From contig OZ244999.1 of assembly GCA_965223265.1 (NCBI GenBank), forward strand, positions 2,464,001 to 2,528,000: a DNA stretch of 64,000 nucleotides. The letters run 5' to 3'. Positions 29,590-39,683 of this stretch are shown here, in pieces. Position numbers and translations under genes: made by a program. Numbering within the stretch: the stretch's first letter is position 1; each line of letters opens with the position of its first letter. A model generated the notes under the pieces. That model made no database searches. It saw only the letters and a program-made list of their open reading frames with translations, and was not told the DNA's origin. The stretch comes from Planctomycetota bacterium (GTDB lineage: Bacteria > Planctomycetota > UBA8108 > SXIK01).

Positions 29590-31740
29590 ATGAAGCAAAT
29601 CCTCCAGAACCTCCGCACCGGCGAACTGCTGCTCGAGGAGGTTCCCTGTCCGAAGGCGCGGCCCGGGACTCTATTAATCCGAACTAGCTGCTCGCTCATC
29701 TCGCCGGGGACCGAGCGCATGCTCGTTGACTTCGGCCGCTCGGGATATCTCGCCAAGGCGAAACAGCAGCCAGAGAAGGTTCGCCAGCTCATCGATAAGG
29801 CGCGTACAGACGGTCTCTTGGCGACGTACCACGCTGTCACCTCGCGACTGGATCAGCCCCTTCCCTTGGGTTACTGCAACGTCGGTGAAGTTTTGGAGGT
29901 CGGAGAGGGGGCTGAAGGATTCGATGTCGGCGATCGCGTGGCGTCGAACGGGCCGCACGCCGAAGTCGTCTGCGTGCCGGCGAATTTGTGCGCCTCGGTG
30001 CCGCCGGGCCTTGCCGATGAAGATGCCGTCTTTACTGCGATCGCCGCGATCGCGCTGCAGGGAGTTCGGCTCGTGAATCCGACGCTGTGCGAGACGATCG
30101 CCGTTTTCGGTTTGGGGCTGGTGGGGCTCGTCGCCGTGCAGCTGCTTGAAGCGAATGGTGCCCGTGTTCTCGGGTTTGACTACGACGAGGAGCGCGTGCA
30201 GCTGGCAAAGTCGCTCGGCGTCGAGGCGATCGACCTTTCGAGCGGTGTCGACCCTGTGGTCGCCGGCACCGAGTTCAGCGGCGGGCACGGCACGGACGGT
30301 GTGCTCGTGACGGCGTCGACGCAGAGTCACGATCTTATGCATCAGGCCGCGCAGGTGTCGCGGCGGCGTGGGCGTATCGTATTGACCGGGGTTGCGGGGC
30401 TGCACCTCAATCGCAGCGACTTTTACGAGAAGGAACTCACGTTTCAAGTCTCCTGTTCCTACGGTCCGGGGCGCTACGACCCGGCGTATGAGGAACGCGG
30501 TGAGGACTATCCCCTCGCGTTCGTTCGCTGGACGGAGAACCGTAACTTCCAATCGGTCCTTGAACTCATGGCTGCTGGCCGGATCAACGTCGCGCCTCTC
30601 GTCTCGAAGCGAGTGCAGTTCAGTGCTGCGAAGGAGGCGTACGACGCGCTAGTGACGGGGAAGGACATCGGCATCCTGCTCGAGTACGAGCGTGCCGACG
30701 CAGCCGCTGCCCAGACGCAGTTGCGTGAGTCCGTCGTGAGAACATCGGCGGCACGCAGCTTGCACGACCAGCTGGTTGTGGGGGTGATCGGTGCGGGGAA
30801 CTTCACGCGTCAGATGCTCCTTCCCGTTTTGGGGCGATCTGACGCGCGTCTGAAGTGGGTCGCCAGCTCCGGCGGCGTCAGCGGCGCGCACGCCGCCCGT
30901 AAGTTTTCCTTCGAGAACGCGACAACGGAGAGCCAGCGCATCGTCGACGACCCTGAGGTCAACGCGGTCTTCATCACCACGCGTCACGATACGCACGCGA
31001 CGCTGGTGATCGATTGCCTACGTGCAGGAAAGAACGTTTTCGTGGAGAAGCCACTTTGCATCACGCGCGAGGAGCTTGATGCCGTCGCCGCGGCCTACGA
31101 CGAAGCGTCCAGTGCCAGCAGCGACTCGCGCCCCGTACTCATGGTCGGGTTCAATCGCCGCTTCGCGCCGCTGACGGCTGTAGTCAAGGAACGGCTCGAG
31201 GGACGCCAAGCGCCGATCTCGCTCACGTTCACGTGCAATGCTGGTGCGATCCCGCCGGACCATTGGCTGCAGCGCGCCGACGTCGGCGGCGGGAGAATCA
31301 TCGGCGAGGCGTGCCATTTTTTTGATCTGTTGAGTTTCCTCTCTGACGCTCGTGTCACCCGAGTGGGTGCCATCGCTCACCCGCAGGCGGACGACAACGC
31401 TGCGATGACTCTGGCATTCGAGGACGGCTCTGTTGGTCACGTCAACTACTTCGCCAACGGCTCGAAGCGTTATCCAAAGGAACGTCTCGATGTCTTTTTC
31501 GATGGCAAAGTGCTGTCGTTGATCAACTTTCGACAGCTGACTGGGTATGGCGTGGCTGGGTTTTCCAACAAGAAGCTGTGGAAGCAGGACAAGGGCCACG
31601 AGGGCGGATTCCTCGCTTTTCTCAACGCCGTGAAAGAGGGCGGAGAGTCTCCGATCCCGTTCGACAGCTTGGTGGCGACGACGCGGGCGACGCTCTGCGC
31701 CGTCGAATCCATGCGCATGGGAGAGATCGTGGTGGTGTGA
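29590..31740 (+). CDS. Bi-domain oxidoreductase (Zn-dependent dehydrogenase-like plus Gfo/Idh/MocA)
   Basis: SLISPGTE, GLGLVG, SCSYGPGRYD, GAGNF, VEKP and GEACHF motifs. Confidence 0.9.
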   Translation: MKQILQNLRTGELLLEEVPCPKARPGTLLIRTSCSLISPGTERMLVDFGRSGYLAKAKQQPEKVRQLIDKARTDGLLATYHAVTSRLDQPLPLGYCNVGEVLEVGEGAEGFDVGDRVASNGPHAEVVCVPANLCASVPPGLADEDAVFTAIAAIALQGVRLVNPTLCETIAVFGLGLVGLVAVQLLEANGARVLGFDYDEERVQLAKSLGVEAIDLSSGVDPVVAGTEFSGGHGTDGVLVTASTQSHDLMHQAAQVSRRRGRIVLTGVAGLHLNRSDFYEKELTFQVSCSYGPGRYDPAYEERGEDYPLAFVRWTENRNFQSVLELMAAGRINVAPLVSKRVQFSAAKEAYDALVTGKDIGILLEYERADAAAAQTQLRESVVRTSAARSLHDQLVVGVIGAGNFTRQMLLPVLGRSDARLKWVASSGGVSGAHAARKFSFENATTESQRIVDDPEVNAVFITTRHDTHATLVIDCLRAGKNVFVEKPLCITREELDAVAAAYDEASSASSDSRPVLMVGFNRRFAPLTAVVKERLEGRQAPISLTFTCNAGAIPPDHWLQRADVGGGRIIGEACHFFDLLSFLSDARVTRVGAIAHPQADDNAAMTLAFEDGSVGHVNYFANGSKRYPKERLDVFFDGKVLSLINFRQLTGYGVAGFSNKKLWKQDKGHEGGFLAFLNAVKEGGESPIPFDSLVATTRATLCAVESMRMGEIVVV

Positions 31741-32612
31741 AGCAAGACAGCGTCGCTCCTATGCTTGCGTTCGTTCACATCGAAAAGTGCGGTGGCACGA
31801 CGCTCCTGCACCAGTTGAGACGCGGGTTTGGCATCGACCACTTTGACGTCATCCCGAAGGATAAGGAAGCGGTGCTTTTCGGCGCTGACGACATGCGCGC
31901 GCTCCTCAAACTGCGTCCCAGCGTCAAGAGCATCGCCGGTCATTCCGTGCGGATTCACTCCGGTCTGGAGTCCGTGGTCGAACGGGTCAGCTACTACACG
32001 ATTCTGCGTGACCCGGTGGCTCGGTACATCTCCGACTACCAGCATTTTGTCGACCTGCTGGACTTTCCCGACGACTTTGAGCGCTGGCTCGACTTCGAGG
32101 CGAGGCACAACTTTCAGACGCGCGCCATTGCTGGCAGTGATGACCTGGAGGCAGCAAAGACGATCTTGCGAAGTCGCTTCGACCTCGTCGGGCTCGTCGA
32201 AGAGTACGGAGAATTTTTGGAGCAGCTGAGCCTGCTGTCGCCGTCGTGCGGACTGAGCCTCGAGTGCGAAGTCCGCAACAGCGCCGAGCAGCGAAAGTCG
32301 CATCGGAAACCGCTGCCGCTGGATCAATTTCGCGAACAGATCATCGAGAACAACCGGATGGATCTGGCGCTCTACGAGGACGCGCGGGACGTTTTGCTGC
32401 CGGAGCAGCGAGAGCGGTTTAGCGCGCGATGCGAAGGCGCCATCAGCACCACCGCGGCGACAGGCCAGCCGCGGCGACATCCCCTACGCGAACGAACGCG
32501 AGCATCGATGAATCGTTTGTACAGAAACTTGATCTACAAGCCGTACCTCGGCTACGCCCCGTTTCGCTACCACGCCCTGCCACCCTATCGTAAACGCTCC
32601 AAGAGAGACTGA
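31737..32612 (+). CDS. Sulfotransferase-family protein
   Basis: FVHIEKCGGTT (5'-PSB) and LRDPVARYIS (3'-PB) PAPS-binding motifs. Confidence 0.85.
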   Translation: MKQDSVAPMLAFVHIEKCGGTTLLHQLRRGFGIDHFDVIPKDKEAVLFGADDMRALLKLRPSVKSIAGHSVRIHSGLESVVERVSYYTILRDPVARYISDYQHFVDLLDFPDDFERWLDFEARHNFQTRAIAGSDDLEAAKTILRSRFDLVGLVEEYGEFLEQLSLLSPSCGLSLECEVRNSAEQRKSHRKPLPLDQFREQIIENNRMDLALYEDARDVLLPEQRERFSARCEGAISTTAATGQPRRHPLRERTRASMNRLYRNLIYKPYLGYAPFRYHALPPYRKRSKRD

Positions 32613-33832
32613 TGATTCGTTCGTTTCTAACGAAACACGCTCTCGGCATCGCATGGAGCCAAGCCGGCAACCGCGTTGCACGGCTTGTTGCGGCGCTCCT
32701 CGTCTTCCGCGTTCTTGACGCCGACGGCGCCAACAGGTTCATGTGGCTTTTCTCCGCTGCCATGGTCGCCAGCGTTCTCAGTGATTTCGGGCTGCGGAAC
32801 ACTGTTTACGCCAGAGTCGGGCGATTGGATCGAGATCAGCTACGGACTTACCTCGGCGAGGTCTATGGCTGGAAGCTGACTGCCAGTCTTGGGATTCTGA
32901 TTCTGTTCCCGGCCTACATTCACTGGATTCACGACGAGCCCTGGCTCGTTGCGTTCCTCGCGGCGCTGCTGTCGGTGAACCTTTTCGTCTCCGACCCGGG
33001 CGTGCAGATACTTCGTGGCGTCGTTCTCGGGCACCTTGAATTCGTCGTTTTCGTGGTCGATAGCCTCCTGCCACTGGTGTTCATGTTGGCCCTCTGGTTC
33101 TTCGGATGGGATAGCCTAGCTTTGGTGGTTGCGGTGTGGGCGCTGACGAGCGTCATGCGGTCCGTGCTGACGTTCGCCTTGGTGAAACGGTACGTGTCTG
33201 AATTTTCGTTCTGCCGCTCCCCATCTCGGTTGCGCGCACTCGTTGCCGACAAAACTGCTGCGGGAGTCGTGCTCCTGATCTTTATGCTTCATCTGAGGTT
33301 TCCAGTCCTCGCGGCACCCTATTTGGGCATCGAAGAGCAGACTGGACTCATCGCCGCTCTCCTCATGATTCTGCAGTCGTTTCAGATCATCCCAGGGGTC
33401 GTGTCGAACGTGCTCATTCCGCTCCTCTACAAGGATGACCGAGGTGCCGATGTCTCGAAGCTTGTCGCGCCTTGCCTGGCGCTCAACGTCGTCGCGGGAG
33501 GTGTTGTCGCGGTTGTGCTTTTCTTCTTGGCGGCCCCCATCCTGATGCTACTCGACCCTAATCTTGCGGCGGGAGCTCATCTGCTACGGCTTTCGGTGCT
33601 GTCGCTGCCGTTTGTGTGCGCTAACCAGATGCTCCGACTCCTAGCGATCGCAGTCGAACTCAAAACCGTGCTCGTCGTCTCCATGGGATCGAGCGTGCTC
33701 GCTTCGATTGCGATGATCACCTCGCTCAGCTTGTCGCATGGGGCGAGAGGGGCCATCATAGGCTACATACTCTCTGAGGTGCTTCTTTTTGCCGTCCTTT
33801 GCGTCCTCGTCACGAGGAGGGGCGCGAAATGA
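32612..33832 (+). CDS. wzx: Wzx-like oligosaccharide flippase
   Basis: About 12 TM segments, SDFGL motif, cluster context. Confidence 0.75.
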   Translation: MIRSFLTKHALGIAWSQAGNRVARLVAALLVFRVLDADGANRFMWLFSAAMVASVLSDFGLRNTVYARVGRLDRDQLRTYLGEVYGWKLTASLGILILFPAYIHWIHDEPWLVAFLAALLSVNLFVSDPGVQILRGVVLGHLEFVVFVVDSLLPLVFMLALWFFGWDSLALVVAVWALTSVMRSVLTFALVKRYVSEFSFCRSPSRLRALVADKTAAGVVLLIFMLHLRFPVLAAPYLGIEEQTGLIAALLMILQSFQIIPGVVSNVLIPLLYKDDRGADVSKLVAPCLALNVVAGGVVAVVLFFLAAPILMLLDPNLAAGAHLLRLSVLSLPFVCANQMLRLLAIAVELKTVLVVSMGSSVLASIAMITSLSLSHGARGAIIGYILSEVLLFAVLCVLVTRRGAK

Positions 33833-35073
33833 TCACTGAGTCTCGCTCTGCGTCGCGCACGTGCTGTGACCTATGGGTGTTCAGCCTCTTCGCCCTCGTC
33901 TTCGTGTTCGCCTCGAAGAGCCTATGGTACGACCTCAGGTTGATTCACCGCGAGCTGCTCGATCCGAGTCGTTTTCGACTCCTCTTCATCGTCTACGCTC
34001 TCCTCCTCTTACCGTTTCTTATCGTCGTGTTGTCGAGAGACGTGATCGGCGTGCTGACGAAGCGATGGAGTTGGCTGTTCGCAGCGCTAGCCTGGTACGG
34101 ACTCGTCCCCGCTCTCATCCACCGAAACGATTTGATCTACATCGCTCAAGATCTTTTCAAACTGTCGTTCGTACCGGCTGGATATCTCGCGTACCGTCTC
34201 GCCAGAGAGCGACTCGACGTGAAGAGATTCGCACTGTTTCTTGCGACTTCGGTGCTACTGTTTGAGATCGTTCGGCTCGCCATTCATGTGCTGGCGAAGG
34301 GTACGGGGACGAGGCTCGTCTACGGGACGATCATCGATGTTCTCCCGGTCGCGGCCTTTTTCGCTTTCATGTTGCATTCAACAGGTGCGAGGCGCTTCCT
34401 GTTCTTCCTGTTGACAGTTGCCAGTTTGCTCATGTCGCTGATCGGTCAGAAGCGGACTGTGCTTGCGTGCATTTGTCTCCTGGCATGCTTTTTCGTTGTC
34501 TCCACGCTTCGCAAGAATACGACGTTCGTGGTCTTTGCCGCGATCGTCACGACGTGTGCGCTCGCCGCGCTGGCGCTGGCAGGAGCTCTCAGCGGCGAAT
34601 TCGAGGTCGACGTCTTTCGTCGGCTTGCCGCAACCGACGTTCGAGCTGACATTGGCGAGTCCTCCGTGCGTTTCAAGGAGGTCAAAATCGCCATGCGGAC
34701 GCTAAAAGAAGGCGGTGTTGGCGCGCTTCTGTTCGGTTATGGGCACGGCGCCACTTTCGAGCTGTGGCATCCAGTGCGCGGCGTGGAGACGGTCCACAGC
34801 ATGCACTTCACTCCGGCGGCGATGATCTTTCGCTATGGATTCTTTGGCGTGGTTTTCTTCGCGATCCTGTTCGTGGCGATTTGGCGTCTCGTGTTGAGGC
34901 GAACGTCGATCGCCGCCTCAGCCGATGAAGCGGCCGTGACGCTTATGGGAAAAGGCTATCTTCTCAGCGCATCGATTGGCTGCTTTTTGCTCTTTGGTCT
35001 GGTGGATGATCTACTCTGCGGCGTCTTTTTGGGCGTCGTCGAGGATGGAACGCGGCGAACGGTGAGAGAGTGA
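33829..35073 (+). CDS. Wzy polymerase / O-antigen ligase-like membrane protein
   Basis: Many TMs, GQKRT, large periplasmic loop ending LFGYGHG...H...YGFFG. Confidence 0.7.
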   Translation: MITESRSASRTCCDLWVFSLFALVFVFASKSLWYDLRLIHRELLDPSRFRLLFIVYALLLLPFLIVVLSRDVIGVLTKRWSWLFAALAWYGLVPALIHRNDLIYIAQDLFKLSFVPAGYLAYRLARERLDVKRFALFLATSVLLFEIVRLAIHVLAKGTGTRLVYGTIIDVLPVAAFFAFMLHSTGARRFLFFLLTVASLLMSLIGQKRTVLACICLLACFFVVSTLRKNTTFVVFAAIVTTCALAALALAGALSGEFEVDVFRRLAATDVRADIGESSVRFKEVKIAMRTLKEGGVGALLFGYGHGATFELWHPVRGVETVHSMHFTPAAMIFRYGFFGVVFFAILFVAIWRLVLRRTSIAASADEAAVTLMGKGYLLSASIGCFLLFGLVDDLLCGVFLGVVEDGTRRTVRE

Positions 35074-35080
35074 CTCAGTA

Positions 35081-37003
35081 ATGTGTGGTATCGCCGGGTT
35101 CTATGGTTCTTTCAATGGGCAGCTGCTCGAGGCGATGAATGCCAGGACGCGCCACCGCGGCCCTGACGACGAAGGTACTCTCCATCTTGCCGATGTCGGC
35201 GTTGGTCTTGCCCACACGCGCCTGTCGATTCTCGACCTTTCGGAGCGTGGGCGACAGCCGATGTGGGACGCGACGAACTCGGTGGCGATCACGTACAACG
35301 GCGAGATCTACAACTACCGCGAGCTGCGTGAAGAGCTATCGAGCAATGGGTTCGCTTTTCGGAGCGGAACGGACACTGAGGTTCTTCTGAACCTTTACTT
35401 GAAGCACGGCGAGGAGATGCTCAGCCGGCTCAATGGCATCTTCGCGTTCGCGCTCTGGGATCGTCGTCAGCGGCGGATGCTGGCGGCGCGGGATGGTTTC
35501 GGGGTCAAGCCACTCTATTTCGCCGAAACGACGGCCGGGTTCGTGTTTGCCAGCGAGATCAAAGCGCTGCTTGAGGCGGAGTCCGTCGCGCGTGACCTCA
35601 ATCCTGCGGCGGTGCGTCACTACTTGACGTATTTGTGGTGTCCGGCGCCAGAGACGATCCTCAAGTCCGTGCGCAAGCTAGAGCCTGGACACGTGCTCAC
35701 CTTGAGTGACGGCAAAATCGTCTCATCTCGGTGTTTCTACGAGCTTCCCTACGACCAAGCGATCGCCGAGCCGTCGGTGGAGGAGGCGGCGGCGGAGCTT
35801 CGAGAGCGTCTTGAGAAGGCGGTCGAGCGACAGTTGGTTTCCGACGTGCCGGTCGGAGCGTTCCTCTCCGGTGGGCTCGACTCTAGCGCCGTGGTGGCGA
35901 TGGCGAAGCAAGCCGGCAGCGAGCGCCTGCAGTGCTTCACGATCGAGCAGAACGATCCGCGCGTCGAGGCGAGCGAAGGTCCGTCGCTTGATCTGCCGTA
36001 TGCGCGTAAGGTGGCGAGCCATCTCGATGTGGACCTCCACGTCATTACTGTCGGTCCTGAAATGACGGATCTGCTCGAGACGATGATTTATCACCTCGAC
36101 GAGCCGCAGGCCGACCTCGCCCCGATCAACGTCTACTTCATCTGCAAGTTGGCGCGTGAGCATGGCATCAAGGTGCTGCTCTCTGGTGCTGGCGGTGACG
36201 ATATCTTTTCAGGCTACCGCCGCCACTATGCGTTGGGTTTGGAAAGGTTTTGGAGCTGGATGCCGCGCTGGGCGAGGCGGTTCGTTCGCGGTGGAACGCA
36301 GTTGGTGCCGGTCTCCCACCGCGTTGGCAGGAAGCTGCGCAAGGCGTTTGAGTTTGCCGACGTCGATGTTCTCGAGCGGACGGCTGGCTATTTCTACTGG
36401 AATCATCCGGCGTTCCTCGAGACCCTTCTTGCGGACAGCGCCGCCGACGGAGACGGCACGATTGCATGCCCGCTGACGCGAGCCCTTCGACGATTGCCTG
36501 CGGAGATGCCAGCGCTCAACAAAATGCTTTATCTCGACGCCAAGTATTTCCTCGCTGACCACAACCTCAACTACACCGACAAGCTCAGCATGGCGCACGG
36601 CGTTGAGGTCCGTGTGCCACTCCTCGACCCTGACGTGGTCGCCATGGCCGCGCGCCTGCCGGTCTGGATGAAGCAGAATGGGCGGACGGGCAAGTGGATC
36701 TTTAAGAAGGCGATGGAAGCGTCGTTGCCGGAGAGTGTGATCTACCGTCCGAAAGCCGGCTTCGGAGCCCCGCTTCGCACTTGGCTCCGGGGCGAGCTGC
36801 AGCCGCTCGTCGAGGACGTGCTGTCGGAAGCGTCGCTTTCGAGGCGAGGACTCTTCGATCCGCAGGGGGTGAGACGCATGATTGAGCTCGACCGCCGTGG
36901 TGCAATGGATGCGGCCTATCCGACGCTGGCGCTGATGTCGATTGAGTTGTGGTGCCGGATCTTCCTCGACCGCCGCACCACTCCTGAATCGGCCGCCCCC
37001 TGA
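35081..37003 (+). CDS. asnB: Asparagine synthase-like glutamine amidotransferase (polysaccharide amidation)
   Basis: MCGIAG, HRGPD, LSGGLDSS and EVRVPLLD motifs. Confidence 0.93.
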   Translation: MCGIAGFYGSFNGQLLEAMNARTRHRGPDDEGTLHLADVGVGLAHTRLSILDLSERGRQPMWDATNSVAITYNGEIYNYRELREELSSNGFAFRSGTDTEVLLNLYLKHGEEMLSRLNGIFAFALWDRRQRRMLAARDGFGVKPLYFAETTAGFVFASEIKALLEAESVARDLNPAAVRHYLTYLWCPAPETILKSVRKLEPGHVLTLSDGKIVSSRCFYELPYDQAIAEPSVEEAAAELRERLEKAVERQLVSDVPVGAFLSGGLDSSAVVAMAKQAGSERLQCFTIEQNDPRVEASEGPSLDLPYARKVASHLDVDLHVITVGPEMTDLLETMIYHLDEPQADLAPINVYFICKLAREHGIKVLLSGAGGDDIFSGYRRHYALGLERFWSWMPRWARRFVRGGTQLVPVSHRVGRKLRKAFEFADVDVLERTAGYFYWNHPAFLETLLADSAADGDGTIACPLTRALRRLPAEMPALNKMLYLDAKYFLADHNLNYTDKLSMAHGVEVRVPLLDPDVVAMAARLPVWMKQNGRTGKWIFKKAMEASLPESVIYRPKAGFGAPLRTWLRGELQPLVEDVLSEASLSRRGLFDPQGVRRMIELDRRGAMDAAYPTLALMSIELWCRIFLDRRTTPESAAP

Positions 37004-37074
37004 GAACCTCTCCGATCGAGCTGTGGTGCCGGATTTCCTCAATCGCCACACGACCCGTGGATCGATTCCGAGTG

Positions 37075-37135
37075 CCTCCTTCTCCTTCTTCTCCTCTCCT
37101 GAACCAATCCCAGGTTCCTTCTTCTTGTTCTTCTT
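37075..37135 (-). repeat. Inverted copy of the array core in a pyrimidine-rich tract downstream of the RAYT gene
   Basis: GAACCAATCCCAGGTTCC at 37101 within CTT/CCT tracts that mirror the purine-rich array modules. Confidence 0.6.
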
Positions 37136-37355
37136 GCAGGTTGGAGGAATCGGTCCGAATCCATGCCGAACAGCGCGCTTTCGACTGCGGAAGCGGCTTT
37201 CGTCACAACGACCTGCCGTCAAACGCTGTCGTTTCGACCTGCGGCGGAAGTTTTCATTCAATTGTGGCGTTTCCGCGACGTACATCGGCCACGGTTCCAA
37301 CGCGGAGTCAGAACGTTGTTCGCGGATCAAGATGCGTCGATGTCGATTCCATCCG

Positions 37356-38258
37356 CTACGGCGGCATCGGCGCGCAGCGCGCCGCGAAGTGAACACGCAT
37401 CCAGTAGGTACCGAACGGGAACAGCGCCTCGCGAAGGCCGGCGCAGAATTCCGTCAGGGCGCTACGGTACTCTCTGAGGAATCGCTTGTATTTCAGGAGT
37501 GCGTCGATGCGTCTCTCCTTGTCGCGGCATGCGAAGCGGGGATTGAGCTTTCGATACGGTTCAGCATTGCCGGGGCGAGCCAGCGGACTTTGGCGACGGA
37601 CGGCTCTGACGCCTGCGAACCGCCTGCCGCGCCGATCCATGTCGTTCCGTATGTCGGCTTCCTTCGATTCAAGATTCTTTTCCACGAGAGACGTGAGCTG
37701 TTCCTGCGAAAGTCCGGACTGAAGCGGCGGTGCTGAAATGTTTAGAGAGACGCGGTCGGGCATACTGCCATTATCTTGAAAAAAGAACGCTGGACGTATG
37801 ATCTCACGGCAAGTGCCGAAGTCCTGCGGCGATGAACGCAGGCCTGGCCACTCGTCTCCGTGAGAAACTAAACCTGCCGCCACGGGGTTGGCGAGGACGT
37901 AGACAGTCTTGTCGATCACGTCTTCTTCGCCGACGAGCGTCACTGCGCTGTACGAACCCGGTGTCCAGACGTTCTCGCGGCGCCCATAGTAGGCATTCAG
38001 CGCTCGCGCGACCAAACAGTTCAGGAGTTGAGTAAACGCAGGCAGGTTGCCAAGTCGGTCTGTGACAATCAAGTGGTAGTGGTTGCTGAGAACACAATAG
38101 CAATGGACGTCGATGAGGAAGCGTTCGGCAGCGTGCGCTAGCAGGTACAGAACAACCTGATTGACCACCTTCGACGGACGAAGGAGGAACTGCCGCTGCG
38201 CGCATCGACGCGTAACCATGTAAGTCGTCCCAGGGATAATTTGTCGTGGTGCTGTCAT
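37356..38258 (-). CDS. rayT: REP-associated tyrosine transposase (HUH/Y1 nuclease)
   Basis: YMVTRRC, SNHYH (HUH) and YVLANPVAAGLV...WPG motifs; about 300 aa with a C-terminal extension; no tnpB. Confidence 0.88.
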   Translation of the reverse strand: MTAPRQIIPGTTYMVTRRCAQRQFLLRPSKVVNQVVLYLLAHAAERFLIDVHCYCVLSNHYHLIVTDRLGNLPAFTQLLNCLVARALNAYYGRRENVWTPGSYSAVTLVGEEDVIDKTVYVLANPVAAGLVSHGDEWPGLRSSPQDFGTCREIIRPAFFFQDNGSMPDRVSLNISAPPLQSGLSQEQLTSLVEKNLESKEADIRNDMDRRGRRFAGVRAVRRQSPLARPGNAEPYRKLNPRFACRDKERRIDALLKYKRFLREYRSALTEFCAGLREALFPFGTYWMRVHFAARCAPMPP

Positions 38259-38511
38259 CGTCGCCACATATAGGCAAACTACGTTCCACACACGCCAGCG
38301 GACGCAAATAAGTCGTAAGTCGTGGCACTCGTTTAGCCTTGTGGATTCAGTCGAGGCGGTCTGTCCTGTCGAGTTGTCGCGTACCTGCGACAACTGTTCG
38401 ATTCCGAGCGGTCAATCGTCACCGGTGGTTCTTTCTGGCTTTGCGTGTGAGTCTGAGATGGGTCGTCAGGATCGCTGCAAGGAAGGGACAGGGAGGCGGC
38501 AGATGGGCCAG

Positions 38512-39590
38512 GAACAAACCTGGGACGGGGAGAAGGAAGAGAAGAAAAGAAGGAAGAAGGAGAAAAGAAGAACGAACCTGGGACAGGGCTCGGGAAACCA
38601 AAACGAACCTGGGACAGTTCGAGGTTCGAGGTTCGCGGGGGCTCGGGAAACCCGTGGGTGAAGAACGAACCTGGGAAGGGAAGGACGGAAGGACGGGCGG
38701 CCTGAGGAACCTGGGACAGGATTCGGCGAACCTAAAAAGAGAGGAAGAAGGAGAAAAGAAGAACGAACCTGGGACAGGGTTCGAAAAGAACGAACCTGAG
38801 ACAGGGTTCGGTCCGGGGCTCGGGGTTCCGGGAAACCAAAACGAACCTGGGACAGGGTTCGAACCTATGGGTGAAGAACGAACCTGGGACAGGGAAGGAC
38901 GGAAGGACGTGGGTGAAGAACGAACCTGGGACAGGGTTCGAACCTATGGGTGAAGAACGAACCTGGGACAGGATTCGGCGAACCTAAAAAGAGAGGAAGA
39001 AGGAGAAAAGAAGAACGAACCTGGGACAGGGTTCGGTCCGGGGCTCGGGGTTCGCGAGAAACCAAAACGAACCTGGGACAGGGTTCGAACCTAAAAGAAC
39101 GAACCTGGGACAGGGTTCGGTGGTTCGGTCCGGGGCTCGGGGTTCCGGGAAACCAAAACGAACCTGGGACAGTTCGGGGTTCGCGCGGGGTTCCGGGAAA
39201 CCAAAACGAACCTGGGACAGGGTTCGAACCTATGGGTGAAGAACGAACCTGGGACAGGGAAGGACGGAAGGACGTGGGTGAAGAACGAACCTGGGACAGG
39301 GTTCGAACCTATGGGTGAAGAACGAACCTGGGACAGGATTCGGCGAACCTAAAAAGAGAGGAAGAAGGAGAAAAGAAGAACGAACCTGGGACAGGGTTCG
39401 GTCCGGGGCTCGGGGTTCGCGAGAAACCAAAACGAACCTGGGACAGGGTTCGAACCTAAAAGAACGAACCTGGGACAGGGTTCGGTGGTTCGGTCCGGGG
39501 CTCGGGGTTCCGGGAAACCAAAACGAACCTGGGACAGTTCGGGGTTCGCGGGGTTCGCGAGAAACCAAAACGAACCTGGGACAGGGTTCG
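38512..39590 (+). repeat. Array of 24 AACGAACCTGGGACAGGGTTCG-type cores with modular spacers and a 365-bp higher-order period
   Basis: Cores counted from 38517 to 39573; units 8-15 recur 365 bp later as units 16-23. Confidence 0.95.
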
Positions 39591-39683
39591 GGCCGAGAGT
39601 GTCCTTCCGGCAAGCCTGCATGATCACGGGGGAGAATTTCGATATCGTCAGCGGTCCAACCCAATCCAAAAGGAGGACCGCCG

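Noticed and set aside
37356-38258. IS200/IS605 element with TnpB/omegaRNA
   Set aside because: No tnpB or iscB gene nearby; length and motifs fit a RAYT rather than a short IS200 TnpA.
38512-39590. CRISPR array
   Set aside because: Spacers are reused, low-complexity and very uneven in length, and no cas genes are in the window.
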